Positions 19,601 through 28,027 of a DNA stretch of 64,000 nt are shown piece after piece; the first letter of the stretch is position 1; each line of letters starts with the position of its first letter. Source of the DNA: a virus; IMG/VR virus record IMGVR_UViG_3300042691_030776, one strand, 5' to 3'. The notes under the pieces were generated by a model. It ran no database searches. It saw only the letters and a program-made list of their open reading frames with translations, and had not been told where the DNA came from. Both the position numbers and the translations under genes were made by a program.

Positions 19601-20138
19601 AGTTACCACCACTGATATTACCGGTGGCGTTGATCTGTCCTGATGCGGAAATATTAGCGAGCGTGATGTTGCCAATGAGATTGGTTGTACCATTGACTGT
19701 TAAGTTTCCACCAATGTTGGCATTGTTGGTGTGGAAGTCAGCATAGCTGGCGATAGTTACAGTGGTGTTGGTTGTTGTGTCGTTGGTAAAAACTGTGACA
19801 AACTCGCCTGCTGATTCATCCCACACAAAAGCGATGTTTTGGCTAGTGCCTCGCTCGCCAATAAAACCAATGTCTAATGAAGGAGCGCCGGTTTGATTGG
19901 CTGCTAGATATAGTACAGGATCTTCAATGACAACACTGACTGTGTCGATGGTTGTTGTTTGACCGTTGACTGTAAGGTTGCCCGTGACAGTGAGATCAGA
20001 CCCGTAAACCAGGCTGTTGGCAATCTTGCCTGCTGTGATTGAGTAGTCTTGCAGTTTGACTGCCGCATTGATACCTAAGTATATGTTACCGGCCGATGCA
20101 TCAGTAACTTGGTTATTTTTAATCCGTGTGATTGGCAT
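16614..20138 (-). CDS. long tail fibre-like protein with a C-terminal autocleaving chaperone domain
   Basis: 1174 aa; Gly/Asn/Thr-rich beta repeats; C-terminal AQYADLAE...VVVGRV. Confidence 0.75.
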   Translation of the reverse strand: MPITRIKNNQVTDASAGNIYLGINAAVKLQDYSITAGKIANSLVYGSDLTVTGNLTVNGQTTTIDTVSVVIEDPVLYLAANQTGAPSLDIGFIGERGTSQNIAFVWDESAGEFVTVFTNDTTTNTTVTIASYADFHTNNANIGGNLTVNGTTNLIGNITLANISASGQINATGNISGGNLISNAAISAATTLDVTGNATLGNISTAGLINATGNISGGNLISNAAISAATTLSVTGNANVGNLGTTGQITATGNITGGNVIANGGVFGNIDVSGDIDVANVTATGFVSVGTTVSATGNITGGNLISNSLIQGSNLSVTGDALIAGNLTVQGNLTYINIDDLRVEDPVIQLGGGANGNALVSNDGKDRGTLMTYYTTGPGNAFMGWDNSTGNMIVSNDVSIANDVITVNSYGTLQAGNAYLQTALATGNITGGNIITGGQIDATGNINGGNLNIVSRVAAATGYFTGNVDVLGNLNATIGVVYANSGIFYGNSVTGNAAIFGGIPGFTPLASNVVIQFAGNANSYSQVNFENINTGNAASTDYIATADNGDDSTYFIDMGITGSNHTGTHDQFFADVATNNTGYLYVVASDETGPGSSGVGNLILGSTNGNVLTFVGNTGYANVRTVASTEGFDIVNGNLYVTNIDSRSGRITVNASDADVDFAVDGDTTANLIYIDAGTGTTSFGSSTQTVGAGVAFNYTNSILAPVGNTAQRPGTGVAGMVRFNTTTSSLEFYDGTQWVSTGTIFTVVQSQTFNGDGTTVNFTINSGYTTVSCLVSINGILQVPVTAYAVAGTTLTFTEAPAVGDLIEVREIVTTVSVKGITNANGSAVVEVSDSTNYVQITGNVLPAGNVIYDLGSPTSQWNELYLSGNSIYMGGVILKAGGGNLQVRNFDDTADAGITGTFYTTSTTSGNLQIGFNHIEATNTNGNIELRPNGTGLVVVGTSAVTRLQVANIQIADAGSNTVVFYRADGTTPATISNQNIDSTQIASGTSSMAVISSGGNIRANVGGATIATFWSGGINNGQANGVGNIGTSSSYFNTIFAKATSAQYADLAEMYESDAAYEPGTVLCFGGAKEVSICNIADCTSVAGVVSTNPSYLMNSGQTGAHVAAVALQGRVPTKVTGRIRKGDLMVSAGDGRACANNNARAGTIIGKALADFDGQDGVIEVVVGRV

Positions 20139-20206
20139 AAATCATGTCGCTCCGCTCTATGATTATATTTAGCGGCAGTTTAAAAAATGGTTTCGTGTGC
20201 AGTTTT

Positions 20207-23200
20207 TTACCAAGCACCCACTACAACCATGATTTTATGGCGTCCTGCAGGGGCCGATTCTAGGGCCTTGCCCACGATAACTCCTGGTTTCCAATCAGCA
20301 TTGTCCAGAAGTTCTGCATGTCCTGGCTGTGCGCTTGTGGTCAGTACATCGCCTTTGTTTACAGGGCCAACTACCCAGCAAGGTACTCGACCTGCCATGG
20401 CAATGGGTACAGCGTTGGGCTGGCTTGAGTTCATAGTGAACGCAGGATCTGTGGAAACTATACCAGCCAGTCGTTGATCAGCGTATTCAACTGAACTAGT
20501 CACTTCCTTGTTTCCGCCAAATATCATCACAGTACCGGTGTCATAGTTTTGATCTGATTCAAAATATTCAGCCAGGTCAGCGTACTGCGCCGACGTTGCT
20601 TTGGCAAATATGGTATTGAAATATGTGCTGGAGTTACCAATGTTGCCCACACCATTGGCTTGCCCATTGAGTATGTCAGCTTTGACCGTGACTGACCCAT
20701 TGGCCACTACTACAACGTTAGCGTTACCACCTGCGCTGAATGTGACCGCTCCTGAACTCAGGGTCTGGACATTGGATGTACCATTTGATATTTGAGTAGT
20801 ATCAACGTTGGTTGAGCTCAAGGTACCTGGTGTTGTACCATCGGGCCCAAAAAACGCCAGAGTATTACCTGATGTATTTTTCAACACAATGTTACCCAGT
20901 GTTATAGAGTTACCACTGAAGTATCCATCTTTCCATCGCAGAGTTGAACTGCCCAAGTCATAGGTAACATTGGCTGTGGGCAACAAGTTGCCTGTGATAT
21001 TGACCTGAGATGCTGTGGCAGAAACACCAACTATGGAGTTACCCGAAGTGTTGGTTATTTCTGTCACTGTTTGGACTTGTGTCAAGAAACGCACTTCAAC
21101 AGCATCAGATACCTGTGGTGCTTCTGTAAAGGTAATGACGTTTCCTGATACACCATAGGACACATCTGGTATTTGGCTAACACCGTTGATGCTGACCAAG
21201 ATACCACTGGATGTGGTGATTTCATCCAGATTAAACGCCACTGTGGTTCCGTCACCGTTGATCAACTGACTGGTCAATATAGCAAGATCTTGACCCACGA
21301 CGTCCCACTGTGTGCCATCCCATACTTCTAACACAAGATTGGTGCTGTTGAATCGCACAGCACCTTGATCAGGTGAAGCAGGTCTCTGTGCTGTGTTGCC
21401 CACAGGCATGGTCAATGCTGTGGTAGAACTGATTTGTGTAACTCCAGTTGTTCCTGGAGTTAACAGTAGATTTCCTGAACTGGCCGTGATTGATAAGTTA
21501 GCATTGCTGACAATAGTCGTACCATCAATGGTGACATTGTCAATGTTGGCGCGGCCCAACAGCACAAGATTGGCTCCATCAAAGATAAAGTTGGCCGAGG
21601 TTTCTATTTCTTTAGCGGGTGTCAAGTATAGAACAGAGTTTGCCAACTCGTCTGGCAGCACAATGTTGGCTGCGGGATCAAGTACTATGTTTCCAACAGT
21701 GGAGTATATGGTATTATCTGATATAGAAATATTATCTATAACAACATTGCCTGTACCATTGGGAGTGATTGCTATGTTACCATTCACACTTGATGTGATT
21801 GATATGTTAGCATTGGAAGTGACCGTTGTGCCATCGATGGTAAAGTTATCAACAATCAACTGTCCTTGCAAGTTGGCGTTGGAACCATTGAAAGTAAAGT
21901 TGGCTGAATCTACTAGATAGTCATCTGTGCCTACATACACCACTCGATTTGGTGTGAGCGAAGAAATCTGTACATTGGCACCAGTAATCAAAGCGTTGGA
22001 AACAATATTACCACCAGTGATATTGCCCGTGGCTGATATAGTTGTGGCAGCCGATATGCTTGCATTTGAAACTAAGTTACCACCTGTGATATTGCCTGTG
22101 GCAAAGATTGCACTGCTGGCAGATATATTAGCGTTGGATACTAAGTTACCACCTGTGATGTTGCCTGTGGCACTCACAGTGGTTGTTACACTGACAAATC
22201 CGTTGGATACTAGATTACCACCAGTGATGGTATTGTTGGCAAATATTGCCGAGGCCGCTGATATATTGGCATTGCTTACTAAGTTACCGCCAACTACATT
22301 ACCAGTGGCAAATATAAATGATGCCGCTGATATATTGGCATTGCTTACTAAGTTACCGCCCGTGATGTTGCCAGTGGCACTGATCTGACCTGGCGTTGAT
22401 ATGTTACCAAAACTAACATTGCCAACTATGACGGCTGATTCGGCATAGATGTTACCAGCTTCCAAAGTACCAAACGAGTTGACTGTTATGATATCGTTAG
22501 ATATAGACACGTCATTGGCAATGATCATGTTGCCAGATGGATTATCCCAGCCCACAAATGCATTACCTGGACCAGTGGTATAGTAGGTCAATAGTGTACC
22601 GCGATCTTTGCCATCATTGGTCACTAGAGCATTGCCATTGGCTCCACCACCCAACTGGATGATAGGATCTTCTACTCGTAAATCATCAATGTTGATGTAA
22701 GTTAGATTGCCTTGTACAGTAAGATTTCCTGCGACCAAAGCATCACCGTAGATGTCAAGCGTGTTTCCAACTATTCTTGCGTTGGATATGATGTTACCAC
22801 CAACAATGTTAGCAGTGGCAAATATAAACGATGCCGCTGATATATTGGCATTGCTTACTAAGTTGCCTCCGGTAATGTTACCAGTGGCCAATACAGTAGT
22901 GGCTGCTGATATTGAGGCATTGCTTACTAAGTGGCCACCAGTGATATTACCCGTAGCTGATATAGTAGTAGCGGCACTGACAGAGGCATTGCTTACTAAG
23001 TTACCACCGGTAATATTGCCTGTAGCATCTATAGTAGTTGCCGCAGACACAGCGGCATTGCTCACTAGATTACCACCGGTAATATTGCCAGTAGCTGATA
23101 CTGTGGTTCCAACGCTGACAAAACCGTTGGATATAACGTTACCCCCAGTGATGGTTCCGTTGGCAAATATTGTCGTATTTGCGGACACAGAGGCATTGCT

Positions 23201-25054
23201 TACTAAGTTACCGCCTGTGATATTGCCTGTAGCATCTATAGTAGTTGTGGCTGACACTGCCGCATTAGATACAATGTTACCGCCAGTGATATTTCCTGTG
23301 GCTGAAATAGTTGTGCCGGCTGATATCAAAGCATTTGATATTAGATTACCGCCAGTGATAGTTCCCAGAGCAGATATAGTATTGCTGATGTTGACAATGT
23401 TGCCAAGGAAGTAATCGGTGACCGTGAGATTAGCTACAGTAAGGTTGCCAGTGATCTGCACGTTACCTATGACTGCACCCGACGATATTAGGTTACCAGC
23501 TATGACATTGCCCACGGCCAATATATTGCCCGTCGAACTGATGTTGGCAGCATCTACATTACCAGTGACTAGCACACTCTGTCCGTAGAGATTTCCAATC
23601 TGCCAAGTACCAAACTGATTGACTGTGACTATCTCGTTAGCGATGGATACATCTACCGCAGCCAACAGATTACCAGCAGAATTGTCATAACCTATAAATG
23701 CAGACTTTTCTATTGAGGAGAAATACCAGAGTTGTTCACCGCGGTCTTTGCCATCGTTGGATGTGAGTGGTGTATTGTTGGCTCCACGACCCATGGATAT
23801 GATTGGATCTTCTACATACAATGTAGTGACATTGTTGTAAACAAGATCACCATTGACCGTGAGATTACCATCGACTATGGCGTTACCGCTGACTTGAAGT
23901 TCTTTGGTTATGTTAACATTATTAGCATTGACATTGGCATTGGCTGTGAGATTGTTGCCAGTGATGTTTCCTAGTGCATTTACTATTCCAATGCTATAGA
24001 GATTTCCTACAACAGTGTTGGCTGTGACTGTGATCGTGTCAGTTTGGATTGATCCACCGTTTCCATATCCTACCTGTAGGATACCTGTGGCTTGATCATA
24101 TGTTAAGTTAGCGGATGCTCCAAAATCACTGTTGAAGTTATATTGTATCTGAGTATTGGCGCCAGCTGGTTGTTGGAAGTCAACTGGAGCACCGTTGGCA
24201 TAGTAATAACCATCTGTGAGTATGTTGCCTACTGCGGCATTGCCTGTGATGTCCAGTGTGGATCCATAGATACCACTGTTAGAAATCAAGTTACCACCGG
24301 TGATATTTCCAGTGGCTGATATTTGACCAGAGGTAGCTATGTTACCACCAAATATGTTTCCAATGATGGTAGAAATATTGCCAGTGGCAACAACGGCAGC
24401 GTTGGATACTAAGTTACCGCCTGTGATATTGCCTGTGGCGTCAATGGTAGTAGCGGCACTGACAGCGGCATTGCTCACTAGATTACCACCAGTGATGTTA
24501 CCTGTTGCGTTGATCAGTCCTGACGTGGCTATGTTGCCACCAAATATGTTTCCAACCGTAGTAGAGATATTGCCTGTGGCTGTTATGGCAGCATTTGATA
24601 TTAGGTTGGCACCAGTGATGTTACTGGTTGCAGATATTATATTTCCTAACAAATAGTCAGTGACTGTGAGATTAGCCACTGTCAAGTTGCCACTGATGCT
24701 GACGTTTCCAATAACAGCACCATCTGATATGATGTTGCCGCCTTCAATATTACCTATGGCTTGTATATTACCTGAGGTAAAGACATTGATGCCATCATAA
24801 GTGAAGTTTGCACTGGTCAGTGCTAGTTGGGTAGATCCAGCATAAAATATGCCGTTGGCCGTGGCTGAAGTGATGCGTACATTTGAAGCATTGGCCACAC
24901 CTATGACATTGAACTCATCTCCAGGAGTGGAGGTAAGAATGCCCACGCGATTGTTGGTCACGTCAAAATAGGCTAGATTACCTTGAATGCTTAGATTAGC
25001 GCCACGTTGCAGGTTGTCCTGCAGAATGTTGCCGGAAACTCTTTGAATCGCCAT
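20207..25054 (-). CDS. long tail fibre-like protein with 23-aa tandem repeats and a C-terminal autocleaving chaperone domain
   Basis: 1615 aa; many (I/V)xATGNITGGNLVSNAxxSAxxx units; C-terminal AQYADLAE...VVVGAW. Confidence 0.75.
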   Translation of the reverse strand: MAIQRVSGNILQDNLQRGANLSIQGNLAYFDVTNNRVGILTSTPGDEFNVIGVANASNVRITSATANGIFYAGSTQLALTSANFTYDGINVFTSGNIQAIGNIEGGNIISDGAVIGNVSISGNLTVANLTVTDYLLGNIISATSNITGANLISNAAITATGNISTTVGNIFGGNIATSGLINATGNITGGNLVSNAAVSAATTIDATGNITGGNLVSNAAVVATGNISTIIGNIFGGNIATSGQISATGNITGGNLISNSGIYGSTLDITGNAAVGNILTDGYYYANGAPVDFQQPAGANTQIQYNFNSDFGASANLTYDQATGILQVGYGNGGSIQTDTITVTANTVVGNLYSIGIVNALGNITGNNLTANANVNANNVNITKELQVSGNAIVDGNLTVNGDLVYNNVTTLYVEDPIISMGRGANNTPLTSNDGKDRGEQLWYFSSIEKSAFIGYDNSAGNLLAAVDVSIANEIVTVNQFGTWQIGNLYGQSVLVTGNVDAANISSTGNILAVGNVIAGNLISSGAVIGNVQITGNLTVANLTVTDYFLGNIVNISNTISALGTITGGNLISNALISAGTTISATGNITGGNIVSNAAVSATTTIDATGNITGGNLVSNASVSANTTIFANGTITGGNVISNGFVSVGTTVSATGNITGGNLVSNAAVSAATTIDATGNITGGNLVSNASVSAATTISATGNITGGHLVSNASISAATTVLATGNITGGNLVSNANISAASFIFATANIVGGNIISNARIVGNTLDIYGDALVAGNLTVQGNLTYINIDDLRVEDPIIQLGGGANGNALVTNDGKDRGTLLTYYTTGPGNAFVGWDNPSGNMIIANDVSISNDIITVNSFGTLEAGNIYAESAVIVGNVSFGNISTPGQISATGNITGGNLVSNANISAASFIFATGNVVGGNLVSNANISAASAIFANNTITGGNLVSNGFVSVTTTVSATGNITGGNLVSNANISASSAIFATGNITGGNLVSNASISAATTISATGNITGGNIVSNALITGANVQISSLTPNRVVYVGTDDYLVDSANFTFNGSNANLQGQLIVDNFTIDGTTVTSNANISITSSVNGNIAITPNGTGNVVIDNISISDNTIYSTVGNIVLDPAANIVLPDELANSVLYLTPAKEIETSANFIFDGANLVLLGRANIDNVTIDGTTIVSNANLSITASSGNLLLTPGTTGVTQISSTTALTMPVGNTAQRPASPDQGAVRFNSTNLVLEVWDGTQWDVVGQDLAILTSQLINGDGTTVAFNLDEITTSSGILVSINGVSQIPDVSYGVSGNVITFTEAPQVSDAVEVRFLTQVQTVTEITNTSGNSIVGVSATASQVNITGNLLPTANVTYDLGSSTLRWKDGYFSGNSITLGNIVLKNTSGNTLAFFGPDGTTPGTLSSTNVDTTQISNGTSNVQTLSSGAVTFSAGGNANVVVVANGSVTVKADILNGQANGVGNIGNSSTYFNTIFAKATSAQYADLAEYFESDQNYDTGTVMIFGGNKEVTSSVEYADQRLAGIVSTDPAFTMNSSQPNAVPIAMAGRVPCWVVGPVNKGDVLTTSAQPGHAELLDNADWKPGVIVGKALESAPAGRHKIMVVVGAW
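21990..24640 (-). repeat. three blocks of degenerate ~69-bp (23-aa) tandem repeats inside the 1615-aa fibre
   Basis: blocks at about 21990-22400, 22780-23380 and 24280-24640, separated by VEDP-I...NDGKDRG modules; boundaries approximate. Confidence 0.75.
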
Positions 25055-25080
25055 TGATCACCCTTTTTAGTATTTATGGG

Positions 25081-25503
25081 CTAGGGCTGAGTGGGTGCGA
25101 CGAGGTTTCTAATAACGTTGATTGGTTCACCATCGGGCGGAGCTGATCCAAATGTGACGTCAAATCCCGACCCTGTGATAGTGTAGTTTGTTGTAGGTGC
25201 TTGATAAATCGAGCCCACAAACACTATGACTTGATTGTCTGCTGTGATTGCTGTGGTATTGCCCAGGCTGAATGTCAGAGTTGATCCGTCGCCTGTGGCA
25301 GAATACACATCAACATTGAGTTCGCCACCAAGACCCACTTGCTTAAAGGTACTGCCATTGAAAAATTCTAAGGTGCCTATGTCTGTGTTGTATCGAAAAC
25401 TGCCAAAAACAGGTGCTTCGGGACGATCTGCTGAGTCGCCCACTGGAACTACAATGCTGGAACTGCCGCTTTGTAGTCTGCGGTTTTTGACAAAGTATCC
25501 CAT
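25081..25503 (-). CDS. small structural protein sharing a module with the fibres
   Basis: 140 aa; VPVGDSADRP, FRYNT, LEFFNG and GDGST match the PVGNTAQRP...GDGTT module of the two long fibres. Confidence 0.7.
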   Translation of the reverse strand: MGYFVKNRRLQSGSSSIVVPVGDSADRPEAPVFGSFRYNTDIGTLEFFNGSTFKQVGLGGELNVDVYSATGDGSTLTFSLGNTTAITADNQVIVFVGSIYQAPTTNYTITGSGFDVTFGSAPPDGEPINVIRNLVAPTQP

Positions 25504-25818
25504 TTAGATTGAAGTGTAGCTGGTAACAGTTGTGATGGCATTGTCAACATTGGCATCAACTTGAACTGAGTCACCGTTGGCCAACAATAGTTTTTCAGAT
25601 CCAGCATAGATCTGATAGGTATCGCCTATGGTGATGTTGATATTTTTAACTATGGCATTTAAGTTGCCTGGAGAACCTGCATTGGGCACTACGTACACGT
25701 TGGCTGTGACGTTGCCTGCTGAATAGTTGCACAGGCTTAAAAATGTTATAGCACTGTTGCCGGTACTGGTATAAACAGATGCGGGTGTTGTGGTTACGTT
25801 TCCTACTTGAATCGTCAT
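25504..25818 (-). CDS. small virion structural protein (hypothetical)
   Basis: 104 aa, beta-rich; abuts its neighbours; SD AAGGA. Confidence 0.65.
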   Translation of the reverse strand: MTIQVGNVTTTPASVYTSTGNSAITFLSLCNYSAGNVTANVYVVPNAGSPGNLNAIVKNINITIGDTYQIYAGSEKLLLANGDSVQVDANVDNAITTVTSYTSI

Positions 25819-25829
25819 TGTCTTTTTCC

Positions 25830-26456
25830 TTAGAATATTATGCTAAACACGATGGCCTTGCTCTTGCTGATCAACTCGTCTTGGTTACTACTGTTGTTAA
25901 AGTATAAACCAGTACCGCCGCTGCCAGGAACGTCGGATGTCACTGTGGCTGTGTTGGCTATCGAGGATGGTGTAGATCCAGTGTATACCAACGCAAAAGT
26001 ACCATCTAGTGTCATTTGACTGTTGGCATAGTCAAAGGCAAATGCGGCATTGGCTCCAAGTACTCCGCCATCGTTGTACTGAATCTCTGTGTTGGCACCT
26101 GAAGCTGTGATGCCACCCGCTATGATAGGTTGCCAGGTGCCTGTTGTGCCTGATGACGATGTGCTAGAGCTGATCTCCCAGTCTCCGGTATTGTTGTTGT
26201 ATCGTATACCTGCATAGTCAGAGCTGGTTTTGTGTGTTAGCAAACCCGAGTTTGATTGATAAGATCCTGTGTTTGAAGCATTGACCAGGATAAACGGATC
26301 AGTGACATTAAGTTCTGTAACGTTAATATATGTCAAGTTACCTGCAACCGTAAGGTTACCGGCTACATCAACCGTATTAGATTGAATGTAGACGTTGTCT
26401 CCAGGATTTATAGTTGTGATATAATAATCACCGTCAATGCGTTTGTATGATGTCAT
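25830..26456 (-). CDS. fibre-related structural protein
   Basis: 208 aa; GNLTVAGNLTYIN...VTDPFI and GANTEIQYND modules shared with the long fibres. Confidence 0.7.
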   Translation of the reverse strand: MTSYKRIDGDYYITTINPGDNVYIQSNTVDVAGNLTVAGNLTYINVTELNVTDPFILVNASNTGSYQSNSGLLTHKTSSDYAGIRYNNNTGDWEISSSTSSSGTTGTWQPIIAGGITASGANTEIQYNDGGVLGANAAFAFDYANSQMTLDGTFALVYTGSTPSSIANTATVTSDVPGSGGTGLYFNNSSNQDELISKSKAIVFSIIF

Positions 26457-27040
26457 AGCAGGCCTCTAGGTGTATTTATACGGTCTTTGAAATCCAGAAT
26501 TGACATAGAGCGCATGTTGGGTATTTCGTTCAGCGTGGTTATTGTTGCACTTTCTGGGCCCATGACCCTGACAAACTCACGTGTGCTGTAATCTTTACAG
26601 ATCTGCACTATTTGTTTGACCCAGTTTCCAGCAAATGTGGGTGGGTCAATGCTTTTTTTGTAGAACTCGGTGTCGGCATAGATATTGTTAAACTGTCCAT
26701 TTGAAGTACCTAGATCAAAACCCAGCATATAGATGCTGGTGTATCCATCCAAGCATGCGCGACCCACTGCGTTTGGACCTGAGCTGAATCCATAGTATTC
26801 TTTGCTGAGTCGCTGTGCGCCTAGACCTTCCATGGGCTTGCGAGTGTAAAAACGATTGCGTAGTGCATAACCTGATTCTTGTATGGCCATGGCAATGGGA
26901 CGATCTGTGGCGATCAGCACATCTGGAGTGAACTCTCTGTAGATGGCATTGCAAGCATATACTGTGCCGTGTAGTTTTAGAGATTCGAGTGGAATACTTC
27001 GCCTGCTCTGGCCGTTACCAAGTACGATTGCTATGGTCAT
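26453..27040 (-). CDS. Maf/GT42(CstII)-like putative glycosyltransferase
   Basis: AIVLGNGQSR, YACNAIYR, PDVLIATD, SSGPNA and IYMLGFD pattern. Confidence 0.55.
   Translation of the reverse strand: MTIAIVLGNGQSRRSIPLESLKLHGTVYACNAIYREFTPDVLIATDRPIAMAIQESGYALRNRFYTRKPMEGLGAQRLSKEYYGFSSGPNAVGRACLDGYTSIYMLGFDLGTSNGQFNNIYADTEFYKKSIDPPTFAGNWVKQIVQICKDYSTREFVRVMGPESATITTLNEIPNMRSMSILDFKDRINTPRGLL
26473..26480 (-). promoter_or_regulatory. perfect T4 late promoter TATAAATA inside the 3' end of the upstream gene
   Basis: exact consensus, followed by SD GAGG and the ATG at 26456. Confidence 0.7.
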
Positions 27041-27075
27041 AAAAAATCCTCACAGTATATAGCTGTGAGGATTTT
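27041..27075 (-). terminator. 13-bp hairpin with U-tract (terminator-like) that also contains the SD of the next gene
   Basis: AAAATCCTCACAG-CTATATA-CTGTGAGGATTTTTT-ATG. Confidence 0.7.
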
Positions 27076-27088
27076 GGGTTGCTTAAGA

Positions 27089-27925
27089 TTAAGAAGTATA
27101 CTTCTCGACTTGAGCCAACTCAATGTCACCTGTGCCATTGCTGAACGTTTCAGCATCAGCTCCAGATTTGAGTGCTTGTGCGGCAGCATCGTCAGTGAAG
27201 AAGTTTGCCAAGTAAGTTGTCTCACCTGAGTAGTTGACTTCGCCAGCGTTGCTACCTGCGTCACCGTATGTGGTCAATGCTGTTCCAGCGGCATTGGCAA
27301 AACCAGCCCAACTTTGTAGAAACTTATTGGTCAACTTAGAAACAGCAACTTCAGTTGAATCACCACCCACTGCATAGCTGATACTCATCAACCCTGCACC
27401 AGGTGTTAGGTCGCTGGTGAGGACACACACGCCAACTTCTTGTGCTGTACCAGTGGTACCAGCACCAGCGGCTGCTGACGGTGTAAAGATTGTTCCAATG
27501 GCGGCTGTGCCTTTGAGGCCCATGGCTGCCCAGTCTGTATCGCCTACTGCTGTGATACGTAAGGCAACACCTGCTACAGCGTTCTCAGGATCAATACTAG
27601 CTGTGGTAGCAACCATGTACTTGTGGCTGCCTTTTTGGCGCAAGATCACCCCGGCGGCTTGACCGGAATAGCTGTTGGTGATGTTGACTTCAACTTTAAC
27701 TACTGGAAAAGTTGCACTGACATCTGTACCACGAGTACCACCAACAACACCGTAGAAGTTATTGGCAGTCAATGAAGAATAATACACAGGATCAGTCAGC
27801 TGACCAAACTGTGGATAACCTTGATCGATTGGAACACCGGCTGCTGGAACACTGCTGGTAGTGCTGGTTGGATATGTTAGACCTTGTTGTAGGCCATATT
27901 TTTGAATTTTGAGAGGACGTCCCAT
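27089..27925 (-). CDS. probable virion structural protein (MGRPLK...)
   Basis: 278 aa, Ala/Gly/Thr-rich; strong SD AAGGAG; late promoter CATAAATA at 28018-28025. Confidence 0.7.
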   Translation of the reverse strand: MGRPLKIQKYGLQQGLTYPTSTTSSVPAAGVPIDQGYPQFGQLTDPVYYSSLTANNFYGVVGGTRGTDVSATFPVVKVEVNITNSYSGQAAGVILRQKGSHKYMVATTASIDPENAVAGVALRITAVGDTDWAAMGLKGTAAIGTIFTPSAAAGAGTTGTAQEVGVCVLTSDLTPGAGLMSISYAVGGDSTEVAVSKLTNKFLQSWAGFANAAGTALTTYGDAGSNAGEVNYSGETTYLANFFTDDAAAQALKSGADAETFSNGTGDIELAQVEKYTS

Positions 27926-28027
27926 TTTGTTTTCTCCTTTAAAAGAAGTCCAATGCGGGTTCTAGCCGCTACGCAGGTGGTGTCCTGCATAAAACGCATT
28001 ATTACGTTGTGTAAGAGTATTTATGAT

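Noticed and set aside
20140-20176. Second RBS-occluding hairpin before the 1174-aa fibre
   Set aside because: Only 5-6-bp stems with 13-14-nt loops; too weak to claim
14205-24656. Long plus-strand ORFs antisense to the fibre genes (e.g. 19186-19746, 21393-21920, 22752-23414)
   Set aside because: Shadow frames caused by repetitive Gly/Asn/Thr/Ala codons on the coding strand (LPPVILPVA repeats)
13388-26456. Diversity-generating retroelement or invertible shufflon in the fibre cluster
   Set aside because: No reverse transcriptase or invertase in the window; repeat copies are co-oriented and differ mainly at synonymous sites rather than adenine-specific positions
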